In this document: positions 37,762-46,924 of the stretch, one piece after another | How positions within the stretch are numbered: the stretch's first letter is position 1 | Layout of the letters: each line of letters opens with the position of its first letter | Virus record (IMG/VR): IMGVR_UViG_3300014205_005221 | Coordinates: 32,001 to 96,000 of that record | Reading direction: 5' to 3' (one strand) | Length of the DNA: 64,000 nt | DNA from: a virus | Taxonomy: Duplodnaviria > Caudoviricetes | Notes under the pieces: generated by a model | Database searches by the model: none | What the model was told of the DNA's origin: nothing | What the model saw: the letters and a program-made list of their open reading frames with translations, nothing else | Translations under genes and position numbers: made by a program

Positions 37762-38483
37762 GCCGACACCTCCGACTTACGTGCCGCGCGCCAACGTCCC
37801 TTTGTCGTCCGACCGTAATCATCGCCTACTCCGTGTCCCGCCTTGCGTACCGCCGCGACCAGCTCCGGGCCCGACGGAAGCTCGCGTCCCTCGCGCGCCG
37901 CTTGATCCAGGATCGCGAACGCAACCTCCTGCGGAGAACCGACGGGGCTCTTCGCCAGCGACAGCACCACAGGCGCAGGCTCTGTCACGATTTCCTGTGC
38001 AGGCTCCGATACCACGAGAGCCTTCTCCACCTCGTCCTGCACACGCTCCTGCACATGTTGATGGCGCTCATGAACATGTGCAGGAGCGGGCTTCATCGCG
38101 CGCAGCACGACGCCGACCAGGTGGATCAGCGCGCCCGCGATCAACGGGGGAAACACACCCGGCCATCCGGTCTCGGCGTAGTTCACCGCCATCGATCCCG
38201 CCAACGCCGCAAGACAAATGATCGCAGCGTAGTGACGAACCTGAGATGGCAGCACCGCAGACAGCCACACCGGTGTCGTCACCACGACCGTGCCGTCCAG
38301 AGCCACGATCAACATGATCGCAATGTAGCCAGGAACAATCGGGCTCTCGACATAGTGGTACGTCGAAAACGCCGACCAGCACAACGCAGACCCAATGACG
38401 AGACAAAGCGGAATGATCAGGCTGGCAATGCGAAACCGCCGTCGCGTCTGCTCAGACAAAGTCAATCGCACCTCCCTCGTCAA
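37758..38483 (-). CDS. SpdA/DUF2637-like membrane protein (start may be TTG 38465)
   Basis: Four TMs with ALDG and ..N motifs; C-terminal PSGPELV...YGR helix-turn-helix-like segment. Confidence 0.65.
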   Translation of the reverse strand: MTREVRLTLSEQTRRRFRIASLIIPLCLVIGSALCWSAFSTYHYVESPIVPGYIAIMLIVALDGTVVVTTPVWLSAVLPSQVRHYAAIICLAALAGSMAVNYAETGWPGVFPPLIAGALIHLVGVVLRAMKPAPAHVHERHQHVQERVQDEVEKALVVSEPAQEIVTEPAPVVLSLAKSPVGSPQEVAFAILDQAAREGRELPSGPELVAAVRKAGHGVGDDYGRTTKGRWRAARKSEVSA

Positions 38484-38498
38484 CTCGAAAGGACTTTG

Positions 38499-38527
38499 AG
38501 AGTAAAGGGGGTCTTGCCAAAAAGCAA
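38499..38527 (-). promoter_or_regulatory. sigma70-type promoter of transfer operon
   Basis: TTGCTT-N17-TACTCT. Confidence 0.7.
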
Positions 38528-38603
38528 GTTGCCTTCGGCAGATCGATGCGGCGCAATACTGAATTGGGCAAGGGGCACTAGACAGACAAGCTACTATCAG
38601 AAC

Positions 38604-38906
38604 GTGACGGCCCCCGCTCCCGATGACACACCCTTCTCTTCACGACTGAGGGCGTTCATTGTTACGTATCACGAGGTCGTAGAGGCGATCAACGAAGATC
38701 CGGATCGCCAGCAGGCATGCCTGGACGCCACAAAACTGACCACCGCATTGCGGGGTCAGTACGAAGACGCCTCACACCAGCGTGCGATCATCGCCACAGA
38801 GGTTGTGGACTCCAGCAACATGAAGCTGAGTGGGCTTGCACGTCTTCTCGGAATCTCGAAACAGCGCGCCAATCAAATCGTCAAAATTGGACGCAGCTTA
38901 ATCTGA
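38604..38906 (+). CDS. HTH repressor (Kor-like); only convincing plus-strand gene
   Basis: C-terminal KLSGLARLLGISKQRANQIV; TACTAT 6 nt before GTG; divergent from transfer operon. Confidence 0.8.
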   Translation: MTAPAPDDTPFSSRLRAFIVTYHEVVEAINEDPDRQQACLDATKLTTALRGQYEDASHQRAIIATEVVDSSNMKLSGLARLLGISKQRANQIVKIGRSLI

Positions 38907-38907
38907 C

Positions 38908-39393
38908 TCAGAAAGTCGGGTCCTCAAGCTCCTCACCACGAGCGAGCACAGCTCTAGCTCCGTGGGGCTTGTCCAACGCTTCTCGACGTCCGGTCATGCA
39001 CAGCATGCCGGGGGCAGAACCGCACGGACGGACCGGGCACGGCGTCGCCAGAATCTCCGCTGTATAAAAACCAATCCTGTCGATGCGAGACAGCAACTCC
39101 GCAACAATCTCTGGCGGACACACATGCTTACGATGCAGCTGCGGAGTAATCGCCGAATACTCGTGCGTAGACGAGCGCTGCACCCACACATAATCCTGCA
39201 GGTGACCCGGGTCCACCACCGTCGGATCCAGCGGGTAGTGCCACACCGAACCGTCCGAGTCCTCGGTCCGGTCGAAAGCCCACAGCACCCGTGACTCGCA
39301 GATAGGACACTGCCCGTTGACGAGGGTGCGGTCGGTCGCGAACGGAACCGGGACAGCACCCGGGATGGGGCGCGGGCGGTGCAGGTCGGTCAC
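38908..39393 (-). CDS. Zinc-finger hypothetical protein
   Basis: CPIC...HVC and CP...C...PG..C...H motifs. Confidence 0.75.
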   Translation of the reverse strand: MTDLHRPRPIPGAVPVPFATDRTLVNGQCPICESRVLWAFDRTEDSDGSVWHYPLDPTVVDPGHLQDYVWVQRSSTHEYSAITPQLHRKHVCPPEIVAELLSRIDRIGFYTAEILATPCPVRPCGSAPGMLCMTGRREALDKPHGARAVLARGEELEDPTF

Positions 39394-39845
39394 TTCACAG
39401 CATTCGCCGACAGCCGCTGGCGATCCAGCAGCAGCTCAGCGGTCTCGCAGATTTCCGACCAGTAGCGATCGACCAGAATCTCCGCGCGCGACGCCACGTA
39501 GCCGTAAGTGAAATCCGAGCCAGCCCGCAGGCTCTCGAACTCAGCATCATCTTCCGAGCACGACCTGTCGTGGCTCCACCAACTCATGTCGCCAAGATCG
39601 CGCTGACGAAGAAACTTCATCTCCGCCGGACGAGACACCGCCAGAATGGTCAGATGCGCGAGCAGCGTGTCCTCAGAACCATCCCAGGCCCGGACCAGCC
39701 ACGCATTGCCGCGAGTCACCCGACCCGACCAGAAACCGGTAATCAGCTCCACGCGCTCCAGGTCGATGCCGAGCCGCTTCGTCGCGACCGCATGCGCAGC
39801 TTCATGTACCGCGAGAACCCGCGCGGTGCGGTCATCTTCGTGCAT
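39390..39845 (-). CDS. Zinc metallopeptidase (M41/M50-like)
   Basis: AVHEAAHAV, SEDD, AELLL; GGGTAG 9 nt upstream. Confidence 0.75.
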   Translation of the reverse strand: MHEDDRTARVLAVHEAAHAVATKRLGIDLERVELITGFWSGRVTRGNAWLVRAWDGSEDTLLAHLTILAVSRPAEMKFLRQRDLGDMSWWSHDRSCSEDDAEFESLRAGSDFTYGYVASRAEILVDRYWSEICETAELLLDRQRLSANAVK

Positions 39846-39871
39846 GTTTCGCTTCTACCCTTCAGAGACGC

Positions 39872-39910
39872 CAGCGGGGGCAGAGCCCGTACGGAACCCT
39901 GCCCCCGCTG
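39872..39910 (-). terminator. Terminator hairpin
   Basis: 12-bp stem CAGCGGGGGCAG/CTGCCCCCGCTG. Confidence 0.7.
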
Positions 39911-39927
39911 AGGGGTTGATCAAGATG

Positions 39928-40302
39928 TCAGCTGTTGTCCTCAGCGGCAGCGACACCCTCGCCATCACCGGAGTACACCGCGTAGACCCGGATGACACGC
40001 TGGTCGCCCACGTCCTCGGAACGCGAGACAGCGTTGAACGAACCCTGCGGCTTGTAGGCCGCGACTCGACCCTGCTTGATGAGCGACGCGCGAGAGCTAG
40101 CCTTCGCGCGCACCTTCTTGGACTCGGCGCGAACCTCGTCCTTCTGCTCTTCGGTGGGATTCGCTGGGTACACCGGAACGGGGTACTCCTCGATGATGGC
40201 CCACTCGCCTGGGTTGGCTCGAAGCTGATCGGCAAGCTTCGCAGCAACCCCAGCCTGCTGACGGCCAGCAGGCTCCTTCCACTGCAGCTGAGCATCGGTC
40301 AT
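39928..40302 (-). CDS. Hypothetical phage protein
   Basis: LRANPGEWA...; SD AAGGAG. Confidence 0.8.
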   Translation of the reverse strand: MTDAQLQWKEPAGRQQAGVAAKLADQLRANPGEWAIIEEYPVPVYPANPTEEQKDEVRAESKKVRAKASSRASLIKQGRVAAYKPQGSFNAVSRSEDVGDQRVIRVYAVYSGDGEGVAAAEDNS

Positions 40303-40449
40303 GTCTGTCTGAACTCCTTGGTTTCAGTGTGGCAATTTGCCACTCTTCTAGACTTGTACCCGACCGCCCACTAAATGATTTGTTAACGGCGGAACGAATC
40401 TGATCTTAGCTCAGAATAACCGACAGCGCCTAATCAATCAGAAGGTTCT

Positions 40450-40758
40450 TTAGGAAACCACGCAATCCCCGCATGTGTAACTACCAGATGGGATCTCCGT
40501 CGCAATCATTAATGTCAGCTCTTCAGGTGTCAACCAACTTTTACAACGCACGCAACGTGTCGTTCCCACCGCACGACTGCCGCGACGAGCTTTCATGTGC
40601 TTGCAATCTTCACCAGCAGGGCCCGCACGATGCTCAAAATTGGGGCAGGTGCACGCGCGAGGAAACTCCCCCAGGAGAAACACCTCGTACACCGCACCCT
40701 TGGATCCGGCTACGCGGATCGCGTGATTTCTGACGTTGGAAAACGAACCTTTAGGCAT
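40450..40758 (-). CDS. SWIM zinc-finger protein
   Basis: GSKG..YEV...CTCP.F...CKH plus second CxxC..CxxC. Confidence 0.75.
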   Translation of the reverse strand: MPKGSFSNVRNHAIRVAGSKGAVYEVFLLGEFPRACTCPNFEHRAGPAGEDCKHMKARRGSRAVGTTRCVRCKSWLTPEELTLMIATEIPSGSYTCGDCVVS

Positions 40759-41287
40759 CTGCCTTCTCCAAAAACTCTTTTGCTGCCGCCAACCACTTGA
40801 GTACGTGATCCGGTGTTGCAATCTGATCTGCCGCGTCCAGACAACGAGCGTAGGACTCGGAGAACCGATCCACGCCACGACGATCTGCCCACACCCCCAG
40901 CGCCGCCACCGCGCCTGTACGCAGCTGTGCAGGCGTGACAGGGACTACCAAAGACGAGTCATCCTCGCCCACATCCAAGCCCTGCATGGCCATCAGACGC
41001 CGCGCAGCCAGCGGGCGGGTCACGTCCCACACCCGGGCAGCCAGGCCCACAGAGTCCCAACCCTCGGCGCACATATGACAGAAAGCGCGGCCGTCGCTGT
41101 AAATACGCATGTCCTTCTCACCCGATCGGTCGGGTGGGTGCGTCTCCTGGAACGGGCACATTACCTTGATGGACACACCGTCTCCCGGAGTGCCCGGGTT
41201 GGCGATACGGAGATGGTCGAGCACCACCACGATAGGAATCAACCGCGCAGCTCGATCCACAAAGCTGCCGCGACGCAATCGACGCAC
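40751..41287 (-). CDS. Primase CHC2 zinc-binding domain protein (stand-alone)
   Basis: CPF..H...RIY....FCHMC..G.D. Confidence 0.7.
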   Translation of the reverse strand: MRRLRRGSFVDRAARLIPIVVVLDHLRIANPGTPGDGVSIKVMCPFQETHPPDRSGEKDMRIYSDGRAFCHMCAEGWDSVGLAARVWDVTRPLAARRLMAMQGLDVGEDDSSLVVPVTPAQLRTGAVAALGVWADRRGVDRFSESYARCLDAADQIATPDHVLKWLAAAKEFLEKADA

Positions 41288-41357
41288 GACGCTCTCCTAC
41301 CGCAGATAGCAGGAAGCCCCGGCAGCGAATGCATACCGGGGCTACTCCTGTTGTTAC

Positions 41358-41798
41358 TCAGTTCTCGGACGTCAGGCCCACCGACGCGAGTGCCTTCTCG
41401 CCGACATCGGAATCGACATCGAGACGATCCAGCTGCGACTGCTGAGACTGGACCAGATCCGACAGCTCCTCGACCTTGGCCGTCAGAGCCCGCACCTGCT
41501 CCGCCAGCTCGCCGAGAGACATGCCTTCCGCGAGGCGCACCCTCTTCTTGCCGTCGACCCAGGCGTACTTGCCGAACCGAGCACGGCCGTCCAGACCCTG
41601 ACGAGCGACATTGCGCTGGCCAATCTTGATCCGGCGCTCCTCGTCCATCGTCGCGGACTTCGTGCCCATCTCCTTGAGAGCGCGCTCAGCGGGAACTTCA
41701 GCTGCGCCGACCGCGAGCACCTCCTCGACGTCACGCACCTGTCCATCAGACAGGTAACTGTCCATCGCCACGGTCCATGCACTGCTGTTCTGAGGCAC
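41358..41798 (-). CDS. Hypothetical protein with coiled-coil C-terminus
   Basis: 146 aa; SD and downstream hairpin 41315-41343. Confidence 0.75.
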   Translation of the reverse strand: MPQNSSAWTVAMDSYLSDGQVRDVEEVLAVGAAEVPAERALKEMGTKSATMDEERRIKIGQRNVARQGLDGRARFGKYAWVDGKKRVRLAEGMSLGELAEQVRALTAKVEELSDLVQSQQSQLDRLDVDSDVGEKALASVGLTSEN

Positions 41799-41869
41799 TT
41801 AACTCCCCTCTCACTCTCGCAACCGGTTCATCCGGAACACCACTGTTCTACCCGGCAGAAAGGGAACTG

Positions 41870-43396
41870 TCAGAATTGCGCGCCCGCACCCAGCAGGTAT
41901 GCCTGGTCAGCCCCGAAATTGCCGCCTTCAGCAGCGAAAGGATCCGCACCGGTCACACCAGGCGCGCCCACCGCTTCGGTAAAATAGCTCGTCGAGTAGT
42001 CCACCAACACAGGAATGGCTCGATCCCCCATGACCACCTCGCCACCACGGTGCTTGAGAATGTTCATTTTGATTCGAGCTGTCTGCGATTCACGCTCCCC
42101 GTCAGGAGACATCGCAATGACGATGTACGCAGAGTTGACCGCCTCCGACGTGTCCGCCAGACCGTTGGGGTCCAGATCGCCGGTGCGCGTCCACTCCTTC
42201 TGCGACTCGCGGTTGAGCTGCCACGGCGACACCGTCGCCACACCTCGGCCCTTGCGGAAGTCGACCGAGAAATGCGCCGCCTCCTTGACCAGGGTCGCCA
42301 GCTCCTCGCGCGAGGACAGCGTGTGGCGCCCGGACGACATCAGCGCGAGATAATCGATGACCACCAGGTCCGGCACCCGGATCCGGGAGTACGCCTCGAT
42401 CTGGGCCTTGAGGCTCAGCATCGTCATGCCGTACGGCATCTGCGACACGTAGCACGCGCCGTCCGAATTGATGGAGCCGTCCGCGCCCCAGTCCTTCGCC
42501 ACGGCCACCAGATACGGCATCACGGTCTCGGGAAGCTTGCCGCGATCGATGAGCGCGGAGTCCAGCCCCTTGGGAAGATTGAACTCGTCGCGGAAGTCTG
42601 CAAACTTCTCGTGCAGCGAATGCCGGGCCACCAGACGCGACCGGACCATCGAGCGCACAGTCTCCGATGTCGCAAAGAAAACGCTGCGACCCTGCAGCTG
42701 GGATGCGTGATAGCTCAGGCCCACGCAGAGCTGGCTCTTACCGAACCCGGACGGGGCGGCGATCATCGCCAAGCCCTTGCCCAAGCCGCCGATCTTCTCG
42801 TCGAGGGTGGGAAGACCGAACAGCGGGCGTCCGGACGTGTCCTCATCGCGAGCCCTGACGTAGTCCGTGAGAACGTCTCGACCCTCTTGCATGACGTCGG
42901 CCGCTGGAGCTTCTTCGAGCTGCGACTCCGTGTTGATTTCCTGGATGCGCGCAGCCGCCCACTCCCGCGCATCCGCAGGACCCGACCACGTCCGACCCGG
43001 GCGCCCGTTCGGGCCTTCCTCGGTGATCGAGCCGACCAGAATGTCCGAGGACTCGCGAAGGGCAATCTGCGTGAGCCGCTTCTCGTGCTCGCGACGCAGC
43101 GTGTGCGCCGCAAACCGAGCGATGTCAGAAGTGACCCCAGCATCTCGGAGAGACTCATACGTCTCCCGGAACAGAGCCGCCGTTCCGGCATCGAGATCGC
43201 CGGTCAGCGCGTCAATCGCCGCAGACGGCAGCACGCCATCGGCCTGACGCCGGTAGTAAATGGCCGAGCGGAACAGGGAGCGAAGCGTGGGATCTACAAA
43301 ATGCTCTTCTTTAACCGACCTGTCGATCTCATCGATCAAAACAACGTCGTTGCTGAGCATCCCCGCAACTACTTGAGACGCCGAATCCAAAGACAC
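41870..43396 (-). CDS. dnaB: Replicative DnaB-like helicase
   Basis: GLPTLD..IGGL, IAAPSGFGKS, VIDYLALM, QLNRE, KHRGG. Confidence 0.92.
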   Translation of the reverse strand: MSLDSASQVVAGMLSNDVVLIDEIDRSVKEEHFVDPTLRSLFRSAIYYRRQADGVLPSAAIDALTGDLDAGTAALFRETYESLRDAGVTSDIARFAAHTLRREHEKRLTQIALRESSDILVGSITEEGPNGRPGRTWSGPADAREWAAARIQEINTESQLEEAPAADVMQEGRDVLTDYVRARDEDTSGRPLFGLPTLDEKIGGLGKGLAMIAAPSGFGKSQLCVGLSYHASQLQGRSVFFATSETVRSMVRSRLVARHSLHEKFADFRDEFNLPKGLDSALIDRGKLPETVMPYLVAVAKDWGADGSINSDGACYVSQMPYGMTMLSLKAQIEAYSRIRVPDLVVIDYLALMSSGRHTLSSREELATLVKEAAHFSVDFRKGRGVATVSPWQLNRESQKEWTRTGDLDPNGLADTSEAVNSAYIVIAMSPDGERESQTARIKMNILKHRGGEVVMGDRAIPVLVDYSTSYFTEAVGAPGVTGADPFAAEGGNFGADQAYLLGAGAQF

Positions 43397-43427
43397 AGTA
43401 CTCCATTCGAGAGGATCCCAGCGGCTT

Positions 43428-43787
43428 CTACCCGCGCAGCTCGATACGGGTGTCCACTCCGTAATCGAATGTAGGAATGCCTGCCTTACGGGCGTGGCGG
43501 GCACAATGTCCCGTCCCGGAACGCCACTTCAGGGCGAACGCCAGACACGCATCCGCGCCCAGCGAAATCATGTGCAGGTTGCGCAGCAGCGGAGTCTCAA
43601 AATCGGCGGCGGGGTAACTTTCCACCGGACCGAACGGCTCCCACATCTGGGCAGCTGTCTTGTCCAAACCTTCCGCGTTACCATGCACAAGGATGTCACC
43701 GCGCTGCATGTGTGCGAGAATGGCCTGAACAATCAGCGCAGGATCAGCCCAACTCTGAGAACCGGTGAACAGAAAGCGCCTCGTCAT
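43428..43787 (-). CDS. SLOG-family protein (DUF2493/YspA-like)
   Basis: FTGSQSW, VHGNAEGLD, RN..M, SGT.HC...A. Confidence 0.8.
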   Translation of the reverse strand: MTRRFLFTGSQSWADPALIVQAILAHMQRGDILVHGNAEGLDKTAAQMWEPFGPVESYPAADFETPLLRNLHMISLGADACLAFALKWRSGTGHCARHARKAGIPTFDYGVDTRIELRG

Positions 43788-43802
43788 ACGACGCTTCTAC
43801 CC

Positions 43803-44051
43803 TCAGCCAAACTTGAGAGTAACCGACTTACCATTGACGGAAGCCTTGGCATCCTCAATGTCCTTCAACGCAGCAACAATGTGCTTTGTCTGGTTAGGAG
43901 TAGTCCAGCCGCTGATCTGCACGTCAGAAATAACGTGATCATCTTCTTTGTGGCTGCGGACCTCGTAATCCGAGTCGCCTACCTCTGCGGCCTTCAAAGC
44001 CTTGTGAACAGCTGCGGTGCATCCGGCAGCGGTGAACTCGCTATCGCCCAT
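43803..44051 (-). CDS. Hypothetical protein
   Basis: 82 aa ORF. Confidence 0.65.
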   Translation of the reverse strand: MGDSEFTAAGCTAAVHKALKAAEVGDSDYEVRSHKEDDHVISDVQISGWTTPNQTKHIVAALKDIEDAKASVNGKSVTLKFG

Positions 44052-44054
44052 GCT

Positions 44055-44384
44055 CTAGAACTCGGCTGCATAGGGCGGAACATCCAGGTTGATGAAGGCT
44101 GCAGAGCTGAACGGAGCCAATCCCAGCGTCGCTCGAACCACCTCAGAAGTAGGCGGATGCGACGGGTCTCCATGCTCAAAACGCGAGCACTCCACGCCCA
44201 CCGGGTTGGCCGCAGACACCTCTACCGAGAACAAAATCTCCGGCCACTCGTCGAACCACGCAGGCATGAAATCCTCGCAGGGACCATCGTCATCGAGAAA
44301 ACGATGCCTACACTTCTCGCAACGATTGCCCACAAATATATCGCCGTCGTCACCGTTGCTAAAAGGCCCGCTAGCCAAGGTCAA
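44055..44384 (-). CDS. Cys-containing hypothetical protein
   Basis: FSNG..G..F....C..C. Confidence 0.7.
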   Translation of the reverse strand: MTLASGPFSNGDDGDIFVGNRCEKCRHRFLDDDGPCEDFMPAWFDEWPEILFSVEVSAANPVGVECSRFEHGDPSHPPTSEVVRATLGLAPFSSAAFINLDVPPYAAEF

Positions 44385-44598
44385 CCTCCCGCAAAATCTT
44401 GTCGATAGCCTCGTGCAAGTTGCGACTTACCTTGCTCTGCACCCGGGCGCGGGCCATCACAGCCTCGACATCCGTCACCACCGGTTCGACCGTCGCCACG
44501 CCGCTGATCATGCGCAACGCGTTGATGATGAGACCCGCCTCGTCCTCACGAACATCCGACGCCAGCGTGACGATGTACCCGACGTGACGCTCAGTCAC
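44371..44598 (-). CDS. Hypothetical protein
   Basis: MTERHVGYIVTL..DVRED; SD AAGGAG. Confidence 0.7.
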   Translation of the reverse strand: MTERHVGYIVTLASDVREDEAGLIINALRMISGVATVEPVVTDVEAVMARARVQSKVSRNLHEAIDKILREVDLG

Positions 44599-44809
44599 TG
44601 AAGTACTCCTTTGCGAAACTCGCCACGACAGTCGAGGTGAAGTAGGCGTAGCCCACGAAAACACAGATCGGCCACAGCGTCGCCCAACCGATCGGGTTCA
44701 ACGCAGGAAGCGCGTTCAGATGCACGAACCCCAACACGACGGTCCAGAACCACGCCGACGGAAATGCCAGAAGCGGCGGAAGAAACACCCACATGAGAAA
44801 TAGCTTCAT
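44591..44809 (-). CDS. Small membrane protein
   Basis: Two TMs; GGGTAC 9 nt upstream. Confidence 0.7.
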   Translation of the reverse strand: MKLFLMWVFLPPLLAFPSAWFWTVVLGFVHLNALPALNPIGWATLWPICVFVGYAYFTSTVVASFAKEYFSD

Positions 44810-44946
44810 GTCTGTGTTGTACCCAGCAGTGGCGGAACCGGGGTGAAGGCGGGGGATCCGACACCCCGGTTCCGAGGGTCGAGCGAGAGGTGGCTGGGGA
44901 CACCGTCTCGCCCGGGGCTGCAGTTGGGTCAGCCTTCGGATGAGAC

Positions 44947-44987
44947 AAAGAGCCCCCGAACCGGAAATCCCAGCTCGGGGGCTCTTT
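44947..44987. terminator. Bidirectional-looking terminator
   Basis: AAAGAGCCCCCGA/TCGGGGGCTCTTT. Confidence 0.75.
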
Positions 44988-45066
44988 CGCAAGGGATGAC
45001 CAATCCCTCACTCCACCATCAAAACGACAAGAGAATCGGGGGGCTTCCTCTCTCATCCCGCAAGTC

Positions 45067-45459
45067 CTACCCAACCGGTGCAGAAACGGGCACCAGCAAC
45101 GGAAGAATCAACGTCTGGGCTGCACCAAACTTATCACCCTGCCCGACGAACCACGCCTGGGCTCGCTCCCGGGAAAGGAAGGGACCGAACCCCATCGACA
45201 TGGTCTCAGAAAAGACAGCCACCACAACGAACTTGTCGGCGCGATCATCTGATTCCTGATCTGCATGGTAGAACACCGACTTCCCCCCGGCCTGCGGCGG
45301 AGACGAATCCGGATGTGCAAGCAGGAAATCTCGCACCTCATGCTTGCTCGGGTCAATGAAAGCTACACGGGGGTTAAACCACTCCAACAACCGCTCACGA
45401 TCCTCAAACGGACCGTACGCGTGCAAAATAGACTGATGTCTCCACACCAACACGCGCAT
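45067..45459 (-). CDS. Hypothetical protein
   Basis: TGATG-coupled; internal repeat YGPF/FGPF. Confidence 0.7.
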   Translation of the reverse strand: MRVLVWRHQSILHAYGPFEDRERLLEWFNPRVAFIDPSKHEVRDFLLAHPDSSPPQAGGKSVFYHADQESDDRADKFVVVAVFSETMSMGFGPFLSRERAQAWFVGQGDKFGAAQTLILPLLVPVSAPVG

Positions 45460-45764
45460 CAGATCGGCCTCCACTTCTGCACCGAACGCCACGCCACACG
45501 AGACGGTGCAGCACCCGGCTGGTCGTGGAACAGGAAAAGATCCACAGCCTGAGCCACGCTGCCGTACACCGCCTCGCCAGAGAGCCAGCGGCCATCGGGA
45601 GTCTGAATCTGCAGCACGAACTGCAGATCGCCCTCTTCATCGTCGCAGAACTGACAGTTGCCGGACTGCACACGCTGCAAATTCTCCACCGGGCAGCCAG
45701 TCTTACCGTATTTGCATCCGTGCAGCGCACAACAGTGCGTGATGTGAATTCCAGTGTTCGCCAT
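45459..45764 (-). CDS. Cys/His-rich hypothetical protein
   Basis: H..HCC..HGCKYG...CPV; GGGTAG 9 nt upstream. Confidence 0.75.
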   Translation of the reverse strand: MANTGIHITHCCALHGCKYGKTGCPVENLQRVQSGNCQFCDDEEGDLQFVLQIQTPDGRWLSGEAVYGSVAQAVDLFLFHDQPGAAPSRVAWRSVQKWRPI

Positions 45765-45766
45765 GT

Positions 45767-46051
45767 CTACCTTCTACCCTGAAACGGGCTGTAGTGATAG
45801 ATCATGCCTAAAAGCCAACTACGTCCCACCGGATTGGCTGAATGAACACGAACCACACGCGGCCAGCGATCCTCATGCTCACAGAGCCAGAGAACCACCG
45901 GCCGCGTCGTGTCCTCGCCGCCCAGGTCGTGATCAAGCGACATCTCCGAGACCGCACAGATACTCAGAGTTTCGATTGCCGCACTCGAACTCAGCGCCCA
46001 CGCCCACTCGGAGCCCGGAGGCTTGCGAATGTCATCGACCCAGAGCTTCAT
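45767..46051 (-). CDS. Cyclic-phosphate-processing receiver domain protein
   Basis: KLWVDDIR.PP, SLDHDLG, VHSANPVG. Confidence 0.8.
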   Translation of the reverse strand: MKLWVDDIRKPPGSEWAWALSSSAAIETLSICAVSEMSLDHDLGGEDTTRPVVLWLCEHEDRWPRVVRVHSANPVGRSWLLGMIYHYSPFQGRR

Positions 46052-46596
46052 GCCACATGTTCTACCCTGTCCGGGAACAGGCACCTGACGTTGTACGGAA
46101 TCCACTCCTCCTTGGAGTAGCGCGACCGGATCAGACCGACCACCCACTCCGGGACCAGCTCCTCAGACTCCAGGTACGACGCACGCGCCCACTCCGGAAG
46201 CTGACGCGTGATAGCCCGGCGCTTACCCTTGAGCGAGCGCGGAGGCATACAGGAGCCCGGATCATCCCAAGGACCGGCAGGAACCTCCGGAACCGAGAAC
46301 TGGCTCCACCGCTCACGGCGCGGAGCGTTCCTTTCCTCGTGCCACAGCGAGATGGTGCAGTGCGCACGGTTGGAACCCTTACGGTTATTGCAGTCGGCGC
46401 ACAGGATCGTCGCGTTCTCCATCAGCGACGCACCACCCAACGAGCGCGGGTGGATGTGATCCAAGGTCAACTGCGAGCCGGTGCCCCAGACATTCGGACA
46501 CCGGCACTGCCTACATCGTTCGTGGCCCAACCGGATGCGTGCTCGATACACTCGCACCCAGTGGGCATGCTTATCCCAGCTGGGGTACGTAGCCAT
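46048..46596 (-). CDS. HNH endonuclease
   Basis: CRQC, LTLDHIHPRSLGG, N...LC..CN..KG. Confidence 0.9.
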   Translation of the reverse strand: MATYPSWDKHAHWVRVYRARIRLGHERCRQCRCPNVWGTGSQLTLDHIHPRSLGGASLMENATILCADCNNRKGSNRAHCTISLWHEERNAPRRERWSQFSVPEVPAGPWDDPGSCMPPRSLKGKRRAITRQLPEWARASYLESEELVPEWVVGLIRSRYSKEEWIPYNVRCLFPDRVEHVA

Positions 46597-46663
46597 AATG
46601 ATGTTATACCCGACTACAGAGACCGTGTCATCTGATATTCGAGCAACGACACCGGATCAGACG

Positions 46664-46924
46664 CTAACGGGAGAACTCATCCTTGGTCTCCTCGGTCAGC
46701 TCTTCGAGCTTCTCCAGGAACTCCTCGAAGCACTCCCGAAGCTCATCACCTTTACCCGCGTCCGACTGCACCGTCGCCATGACACCGCACAGCTTGCGCA
46801 CGCGATCAACGTCCTTGGTGTCGCGCGACAGAGTGTCAGCTTCGATCAGATCCCAGTTCCCCAGGAAATCAATGATCTTGCGCAAACGCCGAAGCTCGAC
46901 AAGAGCCAACTCATAGCTACTCAT
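46664..46924 (-). CDS. Hypothetical protein
   Basis: MSSYELALV... Confidence 0.65.
   Translation of the reverse strand: MSSYELALVELRRLRKIIDFLGNWDLIEADTLSRDTKDVDRVRKLCGVMATVQSDAGKGDELRECFEEFLEKLEELTEETKDEFSR

Noticed and set aside
37719-38603. N-terminal 295 codons of the plus-strand ORF 37719-38906
   Set aside because: Antisense to the Spd-like gene; the likely real start is the leaderless GTG 38604.
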